In this document: piece by piece, positions 1 through 9,176 of the stretch
Layout: each line of letters begins with the position of its first letter
Position numbering within the stretch: position 1 is the first letter of the stretch
Source: a virus
Reading direction: 5' to 3' (one strand)
Virus record (IMG/VR): IMGVR_UViG_3300044539_000240
Length of the DNA: 64,000 nucleotides
Notes under the pieces: generated by a model
Databases searched by the model: none
The model's input: only the letters and a program-made list of their open reading frames with translations
What the model was told of the DNA's origin: nothing
Made by a program: the position numbers and the translations under genes

Positions 1-49
1 ATCCTTTAGATTTTCAGTCTAACGTACAGACCACTTATACCAGAGAGCC
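1..49 (-). tRNA. tRNA-Phe (anticodon GAA), 5' portion only; 3' part lies beyond the window start
   Basis: Reverse complement gives GGCTCTC acceptor 5' strand and anticodon stem TTAGA/TCTAA with loop CTGAAAA (U33, GAA, A37). T-arm is outside the window. Confidence 0.45.
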
Positions 50-193
50 AAGTAATGATAATGTTGAAGTGCCGTCTCGCTCCAATACTTAACTGCCTTC
101 CCAAGTTTTACGGTGCACCGGCAGATGGCTTAAATTTCCTTGACCCAAGAAAGGTGTCGACTCCTTTTCTCTTGGAGAAACTCATTATCATTG

Positions 194-274
194 TGGGCAG
201 TAGTGGACTCGAACCACTCCCGAAAGGACCAGATTTACAGTCTGGCTGCCGTATCCGAACGACTTTTACTACCC
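194..274 (-). tRNA. tRNA-Tyr (anticodon GTA), bacterial type with long variable arm
   Basis: Acceptor GGGTAGT/ACTGCCC; anticodon stem CCAGA/TCTGG with loop CTGTAAA; variable arm TCCTTTCGGGA; T-arm AGTGG-TTCGAGT-CCACT; discriminator A. No encoded CCA. Confidence 0.7.
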
Positions 275-330
275 AATTTTTTGTATTGCTCAAATTTAAG
301 ACATTTTACTGCTCAAATTTTAGATTTTTG

Positions 331-401
331 TACCTCGAGAGGGAATTGAACCCCCACCATTTGTATGTAAGACAAATACGCTCCCGTTACGCCATCGAGG
401 C
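331..401 (-). tRNA. tRNA-Val (anticodon TAC)
   Basis: Acceptor GCCTCGA/TCGAGGT; D-stem GCGT/GCGT with wobbles; anticodon stem TTTGT/ACAAA, loop CTTACAT; T-arm GGGGG-TTCAATT-CCCTC; discriminator A. Confidence 0.75.
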
Positions 402-578
402 AAAATGTATGTTTCTGAACTTCCCACTTATAAACATACAAACTAAGTGCATCCGTACCGAGAAATGGTATCGAGCCATTCTAGAAATAGATATGAGCCA
501 TCTCCGGTCACCTGACCCCTCGGCATTTTGGTGGACATAGATTCATCATCTATTCTTGGGTTTCCACCGAACCCGTTG

Positions 579-650
579 AGGTGATAGTAGGAATCGAACC
601 CACCTAGCTGAGTTTGCAATCCAGCGCCTAAACCACTCGACCATATCACC
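579..650 (-). tRNA. tRNA-Cys (anticodon GCA) candidate; D-stem and anticodon stem imperfect
   Basis: Perfect acceptor GGTGATA/TATCACC; T-arm GTGGG-TTCGATT-CCTAC; anticodon loop TTGCAAA closed by a 4 bp stem plus an A-C mismatch; D-arm irregular. Confidence 0.5.
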
Positions 651-657
651 ATTTTTG

Positions 658-729
658 TTACCCCTGAGAGAATCGAACTCCCCCCGCATGGACCAAAACC
701 ATGTGTACTAACCGATATACGAAGGGGCA
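658..729 (-). tRNA. tRNA-Gln (anticodon TTG)
   Basis: Acceptor TGCCCCT/AGGGGTA; D-stem GTAT/GTAC; anticodon stem CATGG/CCATG, loop TTTTGGT; T-arm GGGAG-TTCGATT-CTCTC. Confidence 0.75.
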
Positions 730-735
730 AAATTG

Positions 736-819
736 AGGAAGACATGGGAATCGAACCCACAACGGTGTTACCCGCTACTTGTTTTCAAGACAAGCTCCTC
801 GTCCATTCGGCCGCCTTCC
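736..819 (-). tRNA. tRNA-Ser (anticodon TGA), type II with long variable arm; D-arm irregular
   Basis: Acceptor GGAAGGC/GTCTTCC; anticodon stem CTTGT/ACAAG, loop CTTGAAA; variable arm AGCGG..CCGTT hairpin; T-arm GTGGG-TTCGATT-CCCAT. Confidence 0.55.
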
Positions 820-905
820 ATTTTGTTTACCAATATTTCAAATAACATATCCTTTATTTTGACGGGACAAAGGTAATCCTTTTTTTCTTACTTCCTAATT
901 TTTAA

Positions 906-941
906 CCAAAAAAAAATCCTGAACTTTTTGAGTTCAGGATT
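906..941 (-). terminator. Intrinsic terminator between gene 1175..1885 and the tRNA array
   Basis: Perfect 11 bp stem aatcctgaact/agttcaggatt (915-925/931-941) with 5 nt loop. On the minus strand it is followed by a run of 9 U (plus A-run 908-916). Confidence 0.7.
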
Positions 942-1174
942 CTTATTATATGTTATGATTATTTTTTATTCAAAAATAATATCACTTAATAAATCAACTG
1001 AACTTGTATGCGAGATACGCGGATACGAACAATTACTAAATTGTTGTTTCCAAATTGAGACGTTCATATGTTTATTAGTGTTTTTCATTTTTCTTTTTTT
1101 TGTGGTATTTTTACCTGTGTTCTTAATAACTATTACAAACTTACGAAAAGTTTATCAAAAGTCAAATATTTTTT

Positions 1175-1885
1175 TTAAAAATCTATTTCAAATAAAGTAT
1201 CCTTTTCATTTTCCTCTATATTCTCAGTGTGATATAAAGTGATAGTACCATCAGTAAAGTTAAATATAAAATATCCTTCACCACCTTCATTATTTTCCCA
1301 ACCACTATAATTACTTGATAGTTGATTATAACAGAAATCTTCCATAGAACCTGGTAATTGTTGATTAATCTCATCAAAACCTCCATCCAAAGAACCATCA
1401 TCACCACCACCACTATAACGAGCGGTTAAAATCCCATCACTTGGAATTTCAGCTCCGTTAGATTCTAATTGGTCCATCCATTCAACCATCAATTCTTTTT
1501 CATCTTCAAATTCAAGTTCACCTTCACCACCCGCAGCGTAATAACCATAAATGTTACTTACCGTTATTGATTTACCTGCAGCGTCAATATCAATTAAAAA
1601 ATCATGATAATTTAAACCATCAATATCAGGAAATGAATAACGACCTGACTCATCGATATAGTTAAAAATCTTTTGTAAAATTTCTATAAAACCTGATGGT
1701 ATTTCCAAACTACTATTCCAATCAAAATGGGTCACATCTTCCCACTCAATATCAGATATTTCAGTTTTACCATCCCATTCATTAGCTTCGATTCTAATCT
1801 CTACTTGTTTTTCTCCCATGGATTGGATATATCGGGCAACCCTCTCCAAATATTTTTTCTCTTCCGGTGTTAATATTTCATTCAT
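1175..1885 (-). CDS. hypothetical acidic protein (236 aa)
   Basis: Long ORF with uniform composition, terminator hairpin immediately downstream. No recognisable domain. Confidence 0.6.
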   Translation of the reverse strand: MNEILTPEEKKYLERVARYIQSMGEKQVEIRIEANEWDGKTEISDIEWEDVTHFDWNSSLEIPSGFIEILQKIFNYIDESGRYSFPDIDGLNYHDFLIDIDAAGKSITVSNIYGYYAAGGEGELEFEDEKELMVEWMDQLESNGAEIPSDGILTARYSGGGDDGSLDGGFDEINQQLPGSMEDFCYNQLSSNYSGWENNEGGEGYFIFNFTDGTITLYHTENIEENEKDTLFEIDF

Positions 1886-1896
1886 ACTAATAAATA

Positions 1897-2244
1897 TCAG
1901 TCTTCTATTTTAAGTGTCTTTAACATCCATAATGGACGATTTTTTTCCCTAATATTATCAACCCATTCTTTTGCGGTTGGAATGTAATTATTACAATCCT
2001 CCCTAACGTGTTGTTCTCCAATATATCGGGTATAAACTATTTTACCATCACTATTTACGAATTCCGTACCGAATCTTTTTTCCATTTCAAAGATTCCTTC
2101 TGAGTGATGTCTCCACATTCTATGTAATGAATCCCCATACCATGATTTGGTTTCATCTAACCATTCATGTAAGTGGATATAATCTTCTGGCTTACCTCCG
2201 TATTTTTTTACGGAGGATTTTGCATGTAAATTAGGGTGTGCCAT
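1897..2244 (-). CDS. hypothetical protein (115 aa), His/Trp-rich
   Basis: ORF whose start overlaps the stop of the upstream GH73 gene (translational coupling). Confidence 0.55.
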   Translation of the reverse strand: MAHPNLHAKSSVKKYGGKPEDYIHLHEWLDETKSWYGDSLHRMWRHHSEGIFEMEKRFGTEFVNSDGKIVYTRYIGEQHVREDCNNYIPTAKEWVDNIREKNRPLWMLKTLKIED

Positions 2245-2705
2245 TAATTTAAAATTTCTTGATGTTCACTAATCACTCTCTTCAATGAGGTGATATATCT
2301 TTTGTCTGAGGCATAAACTCTACCTAATAGAGCGAAGTACTGACTTCTTGTTAAATTACCTTTGTTTTTTAAGGTAAATTCTTGCCATAATAGGTAATCC
2401 TCAATACTACTGTCCCAATCGTTGTACAGTGCGTATTCCTTTTTCCCCTTATTGATAGCTGTTGTTTCCCGTTTCTTTGGAGCTCTCATACCAAACAAAT
2501 TATTTTGATTGATAAAAAGAGGGGATTTAAAGTGTCCTGACTCTAACACCGCTTGGGCGAAAACTATGTCAGGAAATTTGATGTTCTTTTGGTTTATCTG
2601 TTCGTATAATAACACATGGGTTAATGATACGGACTCTGTCTCTTTTCTTGTTGTAAATGACATTAGCACCAACAACAAAGCGAATAAAATTGTTTTTAAT
2701 TTCAT
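2244..2705 (-). CDS. secreted peptidoglycan hydrolase, GH73-type N-acetylglucosaminidase (FlgJ/glucosaminidase domain)
   Basis: N-terminal signal peptide MKLKTILFALLLVLMSF; catalytic-Glu motif FAQAVLESGHF (cf. AQAxLESGWG) followed by NNLFGM and YASD (cf. YATD). Confidence 0.65.
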   Translation of the reverse strand: MKLKTILFALLLVLMSFTTRKETESVSLTHVLLYEQINQKNIKFPDIVFAQAVLESGHFKSPLFINQNNLFGMRAPKKRETTAINKGKKEYALYNDWDSSIEDYLLWQEFTLKNKGNLTRSQYFALLGRVYASDKRYITSLKRVISEHQEILN

Positions 2706-2885
2706 ACTCTCTTTTTTACAGTTTATGAGTCCGGAATACTCCTCGCTCGTGACTTTAACAAGTGGATTTTGAAAAAGCCAATACGATAATTTAATACCAT
2801 CGTATTGTTTGGTTACACTTAAATTTACGATAAAATTACCATAAATTCAAGACACCTCTATTCTATAAGTACCTCAAAAAACGTC

Positions 2886-3140
2886 TTAAAACCTATTTGC
2901 AATGTTTTTGATAATCATTTCCTCCTCGTTAGATAAGAATAATCGGGACTTCATTAACTTACCAATTGTCTTCGCCCACTCCTCATCTAATAGGTTGTGG
3001 TGAATAGGAGATGTGACTGGTTCTCCGTCTAAATGTCCCTCCTCAAGAAGGATATCAACTAATTCTTTAATTTCTCGACTCGAGCAATTTTCAATAAATT
3101 CTCCCGGTCCGATGTCAACATATGTACTAAAATCTGGCAT
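2886..3140 (-). CDS. hypothetical protein (84 aa)
   Basis: ORF diverging from the 3395 gene across a 250 nt AT-rich intergenic region. Confidence 0.45.
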   Translation of the reverse strand: MPDFSTYVDIGPGEFIENCSSREIKELVDILLEEGHLDGEPVTSPIHHNLLDEEWAKTIGKLMKSRLFLSNEEEMIIKNIANRF

Positions 3141-3394
3141 AATAATTTAATTTAATTTTGACAAAAATATAAAATAAAATTGACACTCCAAACTTTTTTG
3201 AAGATATTTATTAGTATGATTATGACCAATTAATAATTGGGGCTTTTGGAAATCATACAGATGTGAGAATGATGGTGTTGTAAGGCTCGGAAAAACCTTA
3301 AACCATAAACAATCAAATAACAAATTAATATTAAAGGGGTTCTTACCCCTTTTTTTATTGAAAAAATTTACTAAATTTATAAAAAACTTATTAT

Positions 3395-3730
3395 ATGGAA
3401 AATTATACAAACCCTGAACCAGGGGACATGAAACAAGACGTTCAAGATTTATTGAACGCATCTTTAATCTTTGCAAGAGCATTAGGTTTAATCTTTCAAC
3501 AAGGAGAAGGAATTGTTGTTGATATAAAAGGAGATGTTATTTTAAAAGAGGACACAAAAAAAGTTATTGTATTTCAACATAACAATCAAATTCATATCTA
3601 TAAATGTGAAGAAGATTTGGAAGAAGGAACTGCGGTTAACATGAATAATGAAGAAAATCAAGAAAATGTTGACTCTTCAGATATTGAAGTAAGCGGAGCT
3701 GAAGTTGTAACACCAACTGACGAACAATAA
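3395..3730 (+). CDS. hypothetical acidic protein (111 aa)
   Basis: ORF directly upstream of the carbamoyltransferase pair on the same strand. Confidence 0.5.
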   Translation: MENYTNPEPGDMKQDVQDLLNASLIFARALGLIFQQGEGIVVDIKGDVILKEDTKKVIVFQHNNQIHIYKCEEDLEEGTAVNMNNEENQENVDSSDIEVSGAEVVTPTDEQ

Positions 3731-3749
3731 AAAACAAACAAAAACTTAA

Positions 3750-5414
3750 ATGAGAGTATTAGGATTTTCGGTAGGACACGATAAAGGTGCGGTTATCATA
3801 GAAAATGGAAAAGTTGTGGTGGGTATCACCCAAGAAAGATTATCTAGGATAAAACACGATGGTGCATATCAAGGGGGATTAATTCCTTTTGAATCCATAA
3901 ACTATTGTTTAAATTATTTGAGTATTACTCATAGGGATATAGACTTATTTGTTTATAGTACCACTGAAATAACCGATGATGTTGATTTTCAGTTTTTTAA
4001 CAAATATCATGATTTAAAGAGGGAAAAACTTAAATTTTTACCTCACCATTTGGCACACGCATACTCAACATTTTTTAGTTCAGGTTTTGAAGAATCTGCA
4101 ATAATCGTTGCGGACGCATCCGGAAGTATTTTAAGTTATAAAAACAAATTACACGAATGGTATGATGTTGATAGAACTGATTTAGACCCCGAAGAAGATT
4201 GGACCGAAGGAATTTCATTATTTCATTTTACAAAAAACGGATATAATGAAGTTTATAAAAAATGGATAAAATATCCTGTACCTATTGACACCAATGAAGG
4301 TGTTTCCGTTGGAACTGTTTATTCAACAGGTTCTTTACAATTAATTTATGAACCAAATGAACACACTTGGCCCGCAGGTAAATTAATGGGATTGGCGTCA
4401 TACGCTGATAAATCAATTGTGGATGAGGCACCTGAATACGCTCAAGAATTAGAGAATGATATATTCATACCAAATAATACAATTTACCCAAAAGTAACTT
4501 GGCAATCCGATTTTTTCTCAAGAGCGTGTGTTGCCGGAATTTACCAAAAAGAACAAGAAAGGTCTTCTTTAATTTTAGCTAAAATTGCAAAAAACTTAAC
4601 AAAATCTTCAAATGTTTGTGTTGCCGGTGGGTCATTCTTAAATTGTAATTCAAATGAGGTTATATTAAAATCAGGATTATACGAAAATTCTTATTTCTTG
4701 GCGCCAAGTGATGATAGTGGAATACCGTTAGGATGTGCTTGGTATGCGTATCAACAATTGATAGATATTACATCAGTTGAACCTATGTCACCTTATTTTG
4801 GTAAAACATATTCAAAACAAGAAATCATAACGGCAATTAATAACTACCCTGGATTAAATGTAGTTGAACACACTAAAGAAAGTGATTTAATTAAAGAAGT
4901 TACACATTGGTTAACCCAAAATAGAGTTATTGGATGGTTCCAAGGTGGTTCAGAAATTGGACCGAGAGCATTAGGTAATCGTTCAATATTGGCATCCCCA
5001 ATTCAAAAATGGATGTCAGGTCATATTAATGGAGATATCAAACATAGAGAATGGTATCGTCCGTTTGCCCCGGCAGTTTTATTTGAACATCAATCTGAAG
5101 TCTTTGAATCAGATGTTTATTCACCTCATATGTTGGTGACCACATCAGTTAAAGAAGAATGGAGAGAGAAAATACCTGCAGTTACTCACATTGATTATTC
5201 TGCTAGACATCAATCCGTAACCAAAGAAAATAACCCAAAATTTTATTCACTAATCAATTCGTTTTATGATGAAACCGGTGTTCCTGTTTTACTTAACACA
5301 AGTTTTAATGGTCCACACGAACCAATTGTTGAAACTCCTGAAGAAGCAATTAAAACATTTATTTCAAACAAACTTGACATATTAGTAATCGATAATTTTA
5401 TTATAAGTAGATAA
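3750..5414 (+). CDS. carbamoyltransferase, NodU/CmcH/TobZ family (copy 1)
   Basis: N-domain motifs GITQERLSRIKHDG and HHLAHAYSTFFSSGF..AIIVADASG (Kae1/HypF-like fold); C-domain GWFQGGSEIGPRALGNRSILASP (carbamoyltransferase C signature). Confidence 0.8.
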   Translation: MRVLGFSVGHDKGAVIIENGKVVVGITQERLSRIKHDGAYQGGLIPFESINYCLNYLSITHRDIDLFVYSTTEITDDVDFQFFNKYHDLKREKLKFLPHHLAHAYSTFFSSGFEESAIIVADASGSILSYKNKLHEWYDVDRTDLDPEEDWTEGISLFHFTKNGYNEVYKKWIKYPVPIDTNEGVSVGTVYSTGSLQLIYEPNEHTWPAGKLMGLASYADKSIVDEAPEYAQELENDIFIPNNTIYPKVTWQSDFFSRACVAGIYQKEQERSSLILAKIAKNLTKSSNVCVAGGSFLNCNSNEVILKSGLYENSYFLAPSDDSGIPLGCAWYAYQQLIDITSVEPMSPYFGKTYSKQEIITAINNYPGLNVVEHTKESDLIKEVTHWLTQNRVIGWFQGGSEIGPRALGNRSILASPIQKWMSGHINGDIKHREWYRPFAPAVLFEHQSEVFESDVYSPHMLVTTSVKEEWREKIPAVTHIDYSARHQSVTKENNPKFYSLINSFYDETGVPVLLNTSFNGPHEPIVETPEEAIKTFISNKLDILVIDNFIISR

Positions 5415-5417
5415 TTT

Positions 5418-7007
5418 ATGAGTTCAATTTATGGATTCTTTACCGGGTCGCATAGTCCATCTATTGCATTAATTAGAGACGGTAAAATAACATTTTGTAT
5501 CGAGGAAGAGAGATTAACCCGAATAAAATCCGGTGATAATTACGATATTAATTGTGAATTATCATGTATTGAGGCGGAAAAATATACAGGTCTAAAAATA
5601 ACAGATGCCGATTACCGAATCTTTGCAAATCCAACACCGGACGAATTTGCCCGTAAAATTACCAACAATAATTATGAAAAAGTTAGTCACCATACCGCAC
5701 ACGCATATGGGGCTTACTACACCAGTGGAATGAAAGGTAAATCAATTACCATCACATACGATGGTGGAGGTGAAAGTACCGTAATGAAAGTTTATCTATG
5801 TAATAATGGAAAAATGACTTTAATCCAAAGTCATCCATTGGCTTCATTTGGTAGTCTTTCTCACGTTTGGGGATTCAGTACATCCTCGATGAGAGGATAT
5901 GACGAACATGGTGAGGGAATATGGAAAATGTGTAAAGATGAAGGTAAATTAATGGGTATGGGTCCAAATGGTCATTACGATGAGACAATTTATAATATGT
6001 TGTCCACTGTAATTAATTATAAGGATTTTAGATTTTACCCATCCGGGTCATCAAGTAAAACCATGTTTTTAGGTGACATGATGAAATCCAATGGATATTT
6101 CGATACTCAAGAAAAAATGGAAATCTATTCATTTAATTTACAAAAACGAACAGAAGACCTATTCCTAAAATTTATTGACGACTTACATAATTTATATCCT
6201 GAATATAAGCAATTATGCTTATCCGGAGGACTATTTGCCAATGTAAAATTAAATCAAAAACTCAACGAATTAGAATGGATTGACGAAATTTATATTTACC
6301 CACCAATGGGTGATGAAGGTTTGTCATTAGGAGCCTGTATCTATAAAGCTGTCGAATTGGGTGAGATTACTGAACCAATTGAACTAACTAATGTTTATTT
6401 TGGGAAGTCATACAATAATGATGAAATACAGGAAATCTCAAAAGATTATAGTTTTAAGAGAGAACCATATAATCCGAAAGATATCGCAAATTATATCAAT
6501 CAAGGAGGAATCGTTGGATGGTTTCAAAATGGTTCCGAATTCGGTCCAAGGTCTTTAGGAGCTCGAAGTATTTTAGTTAGACCAACCGAAATCTCAACAC
6601 ACAAATTATTAAATAAAAGATTAAATCGATATGATACAATGCCATTTGCACCAATTATATTAGAAGAATCATTTGACAATATTTTTATACCATCAAAATC
6701 AAAATACACATCTGAGTTTATGACATTATGTTACAACACAAAAGATGAGTGGATTGATAAGATACCTGCAGTTATACAAAAGTCAGATAAAACTGCTCGA
6801 CCCCAAATAGTTAAAAGGTCTAAAACACCTAAATTTTGGGAAATATTAAATGAATATTATATGTTATCAGGAATACCATTATTATTGAATACATCATTTA
6901 ATTCACACAATCAACCAATCATTGAAAACCCGGAACAAGCATTTGAGTCATTAAAACTTGGGGTCATTGATAAATTAATAATAGAAGATTATGTTTATTT
7001 CCCTTAA
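5418..7007 (+). CDS. carbamoyltransferase, NodU/CmcH family (copy 2, divergent paralog of 3750..5414)
   Basis: Same motifs: EEERLTRIKSGD, HHTAHAYGAYYTSG, GWFQNGSEFGPRSLGARSILVRP, LLNTSFN. Starts 4 nt after copy 1. Confidence 0.8.
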   Translation: MSSIYGFFTGSHSPSIALIRDGKITFCIEEERLTRIKSGDNYDINCELSCIEAEKYTGLKITDADYRIFANPTPDEFARKITNNNYEKVSHHTAHAYGAYYTSGMKGKSITITYDGGGESTVMKVYLCNNGKMTLIQSHPLASFGSLSHVWGFSTSSMRGYDEHGEGIWKMCKDEGKLMGMGPNGHYDETIYNMLSTVINYKDFRFYPSGSSSKTMFLGDMMKSNGYFDTQEKMEIYSFNLQKRTEDLFLKFIDDLHNLYPEYKQLCLSGGLFANVKLNQKLNELEWIDEIYIYPPMGDEGLSLGACIYKAVELGEITEPIELTNVYFGKSYNNDEIQEISKDYSFKREPYNPKDIANYINQGGIVGWFQNGSEFGPRSLGARSILVRPTEISTHKLLNKRLNRYDTMPFAPIILEESFDNIFIPSKSKYTSEFMTLCYNTKDEWIDKIPAVIQKSDKTARPQIVKRSKTPKFWEILNEYYMLSGIPLLLNTSFNSHNQPIIENPEQAFESLKLGVIDKLIIEDYVYFP

Positions 7008-7620
7008 TGAAGAAAAAATAGTGATGAATTTTACACCATCACCTTATCTACGAATATCAGGTCCTGACGAACTCTATTATGTTGAATTGAGAGAGTATCC
7101 AAAAAATGATGACCAATCTCTTTATGTTGAAGGTCGTAGGATATCCGGTAATGGTGGTGAGTTTCATGTCCCAATTGAATTTTATTTTGATTTTGAAATT
7201 TCAGTTTCAAAATACATTCCTGAATATGGATTAAAAAAAATATTCACACATCGTTTTAATGATTATGGTAAACAAGTATTATTTAATTTAGATACTAACG
7301 ACCATAATGAATGTTTATTATGGGTATCTCGAATTGAGGAATATCAAAAAGTACACGGGTGTAAGATTTTTTTAAATACTAAATTTGACGACATTAATAC
7401 AAAGTATGCTTCATATTATCAGGTGGATGGGATTGATTATTATAAAACATATAATATCGGTAGATTCCCTAAAAATAGTCATGATTGGAGAACAATTGAC
7501 CCAAGACAAGAAGGGGTTATTTGGTACGGGAATTGGAAAACATTTTGGTCATATCAACATCCAAGATTATACTCCAACTTATCAAGCAAAGAAATTATTG
7601 ATGATATTTTGGCACTTTAA
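6991..7620 (+). CDS. hypothetical protein (about 200 aa). Start may be the Met at 7024.
   Basis: ORF on the same strand following the carbamoyltransferases. The overlapping alternative-frame ORF 7385..7708 is rejected. Confidence 0.5.
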   Translation: MFISLNEEKIVMNFTPSPYLRISGPDELYYVELREYPKNDDQSLYVEGRRISGNGGEFHVPIEFYFDFEISVSKYIPEYGLKKIFTHRFNDYGKQVLFNLDTNDHNECLLWVSRIEEYQKVHGCKIFLNTKFDDINTKYASYYQVDGIDYYKTYNIGRFPKNSHDWRTIDPRQEGVIWYGNWKTFWSYQHPRLYSNLSSKEIIDDILAL

Positions 7621-7655
7621 TTATTTTTGTATATCTTTGTTGAAAATTAAAACAT

Positions 7656-8402
7656 ATGATGAACGTAGGACAAGAATTTCAAAGTTATTACACAAAACAT
7701 TTAGGTAAACCATCTTTGGATTTACACAACTTCAACAACCACATTCAAAATTCAATGACTCCTTACATTTTGGAGGAAAGAGAAATGAGAGTAACCCAAA
7801 TGGATATTTTCTCTCGTTTAATGATGGATAGAATATTATGGGCTTCAGGTCCGGTTGACGACAGAATGGGTGATATCATCCAATCACAACTTATTTTCTT
7901 AGACAACTTAGATAAGAAAAAAGATATTAATTTATATCTACAAACTCCGGGTGGAAGTGTTTTAAGTGGATTAGGTATTAGAGACACGATGAACTTTATT
8001 AACGCGGATGTTGCGACCACTAATATTGGTATGTGTGCATCTATGGGTTCAGTATTATTATCTTCAGGGACAAAAGGTAAGAGGTCATCTTTAATTTTCT
8101 CAAAAGTAATGACTCACATGGTTTCTCACGGAACACAAGGTAATGTTCAAGACACAAGAATTAATCAACTTGAGGCCGAAAAATACAATTATTTGTTATT
8201 TAAAATATTGGCGGAGAATTGTGGTAAGACATTTGAAGAAATGTTAGAATCATCAAGAAATGATAAATGGTTCAATTCTGATGAAGCGTTACAATTTGGT
8301 CTAATTGATAAAATTGTTGGTGTGGAGAAAAATCAATCAATGTCAGATATGATGGTTGGATTTGACGATTATTATGAAAAAGAAATTCTTAAAAGAAAAT
8401 AA
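7656..8402 (+). CDS. ClpP-family serine protease (S14), possible prohead/maturation protease
   Basis: Aligns to ClpP: Ser in IGMCASMGSVLLSSG (cf. GQAASMGAFLL), His in KVMTHMVSHG (cf. RVMIHQP), Asp in WFNSDEALQFGLIDK (cf. SAPEAVEYGLVD). Triad complete. Confidence 0.8.
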   Translation: MMNVGQEFQSYYTKHLGKPSLDLHNFNNHIQNSMTPYILEEREMRVTQMDIFSRLMMDRILWASGPVDDRMGDIIQSQLIFLDNLDKKKDINLYLQTPGGSVLSGLGIRDTMNFINADVATTNIGMCASMGSVLLSSGTKGKRSSLIFSKVMTHMVSHGTQGNVQDTRINQLEAEKYNYLLFKILAENCGKTFEEMLESSRNDKWFNSDEALQFGLIDKIVGVEKNQSMSDMMVGFDDYYEKEILKRK

Positions 8403-8423
8403 GAATTGTTATTAAATGAAAAA

Positions 8424-8452
8424 AGAAGGTATTACTACCTTCTTTTTTTTTT
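8424..8452 (+). terminator. intrinsic terminator after the ClpP-like gene
   Basis: agaaggta-ttac-taccttct hairpin followed by T10. Confidence 0.65.
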
Positions 8453-8515
8453 AGATAAGATAAACACCCCCCTTGTTTTAAAAATCTAATTTATATAATA
8501 GAGTTTTTAATTCTA

Positions 8516-9169
8516 TTATGTTGCAACTTCAGGTTTTAATTTATCATAAACACTTGAAGCTTTTTTATTAAAATTGTTGTACACTCCACAGACAGTACTT
8601 TCTAATTTGTCTTGTAATTCAATCACAACTTTAGTATCTTGAATTGCACCTAATAATGTATTTCTTAATATTGTATATCCGGTACCTTGCATCCCTTGTT
8701 GTTCTTGTACCATCATCACTAATGCCTCAACTAACGCCTCAGAAACTAACGCAGTTAGTTCGTTACAACTTTTTAAGGCTTTTGCAAGTCTCCTTGGGTC
8801 TTTAAGTATAAAAGACATTAAAGCATTTTTAAAAAATCCTGACAATCCAAGTCCTCCTAAAATTGAATTAACAATTGGTTCAACCGCAGTTTGAACAATA
8901 CCACTTAAACTATTCCCGAACATCTTACCCAAGAAATCCATTAATTGCTCATTCAAAATATTGTTTTCGTCTAAAAATCTAATTTCCTCAATTAAATTTT
9001 TAGCAATTTTCATTTTCTTACCCTCAGGTAGAAATTCAAAATTATCTATAACTTCTTTAGATTCAACTATTGCAAAAATTCTACTTTTAACTAAATTTTC
9101 TTCAATTAAAATTTTTTCTTTTTGTTCTTTAGTCTCTTTAATTACCTTTTTTATTTTTTTCTCAATCAT
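8516..9169 (-). CDS. hypothetical protein, K/E-rich coiled-coil N-term and hydrophobic C-term (217 aa)
   Basis: ORF at the end of a minus-strand run of large genes. Confidence 0.5.
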   Translation of the reverse strand: MIEKKIKKVIKETKEQKEKILIEENLVKSRIFAIVESKEVIDNFEFLPEGKKMKIAKNLIEEIRFLDENNILNEQLMDFLGKMFGNSLSGIVQTAVEPIVNSILGGLGLSGFFKNALMSFILKDPRRLAKALKSCNELTALVSEALVEALVMMVQEQQGMQGTGYTILRNTLLGAIQDTKVVIELQDKLESTVCGVYNNFNKKASSVYDKLKPEVAT

Positions 9170-9176
9170 TACTTAA

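Noticed and set aside
402-578. An additional tRNA in the 177 nt spacer between tRNA-Val and tRNA-Cys, and another in 50-193
   Set aside because: Acceptor-like and T-arm-like pairings can be drawn for about 468-540, but the D-arm and anticodon arm do not fold canonically. No TTCGA-type T-loop is present in 50-193. Kept only as a finding to test.
55-760. Track ORFs 55..540(+), 108..293(-), 140..349(+) and 443..760(-)
   Set aside because: They overlap the tRNA array and its spacers on both strands and have odd composition. They are translations of structural RNA genes.
928-1413. ORFs 928..1242(+) and 1216..1413(-)
   Set aside because: Low-complexity, embedded in or overlapping the terminator and the real minus-strand gene 1175..1885 in other frames.
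3147-3482. ORF 3147..3482(-), 111 aa
   Set aside because: It lies in the AT-rich divergent intergenic region between 3140 and 3395, has phenylalanine/asparagine-rich nonsense composition, and overlaps the start of 3395..3730.
7385-8020. ORFs 7385..7708(+) and 7763..8020(-)
   Set aside because: Alternative-frame or antisense ORFs inside the better-supported genes 6991..7620 and the ClpP homolog.
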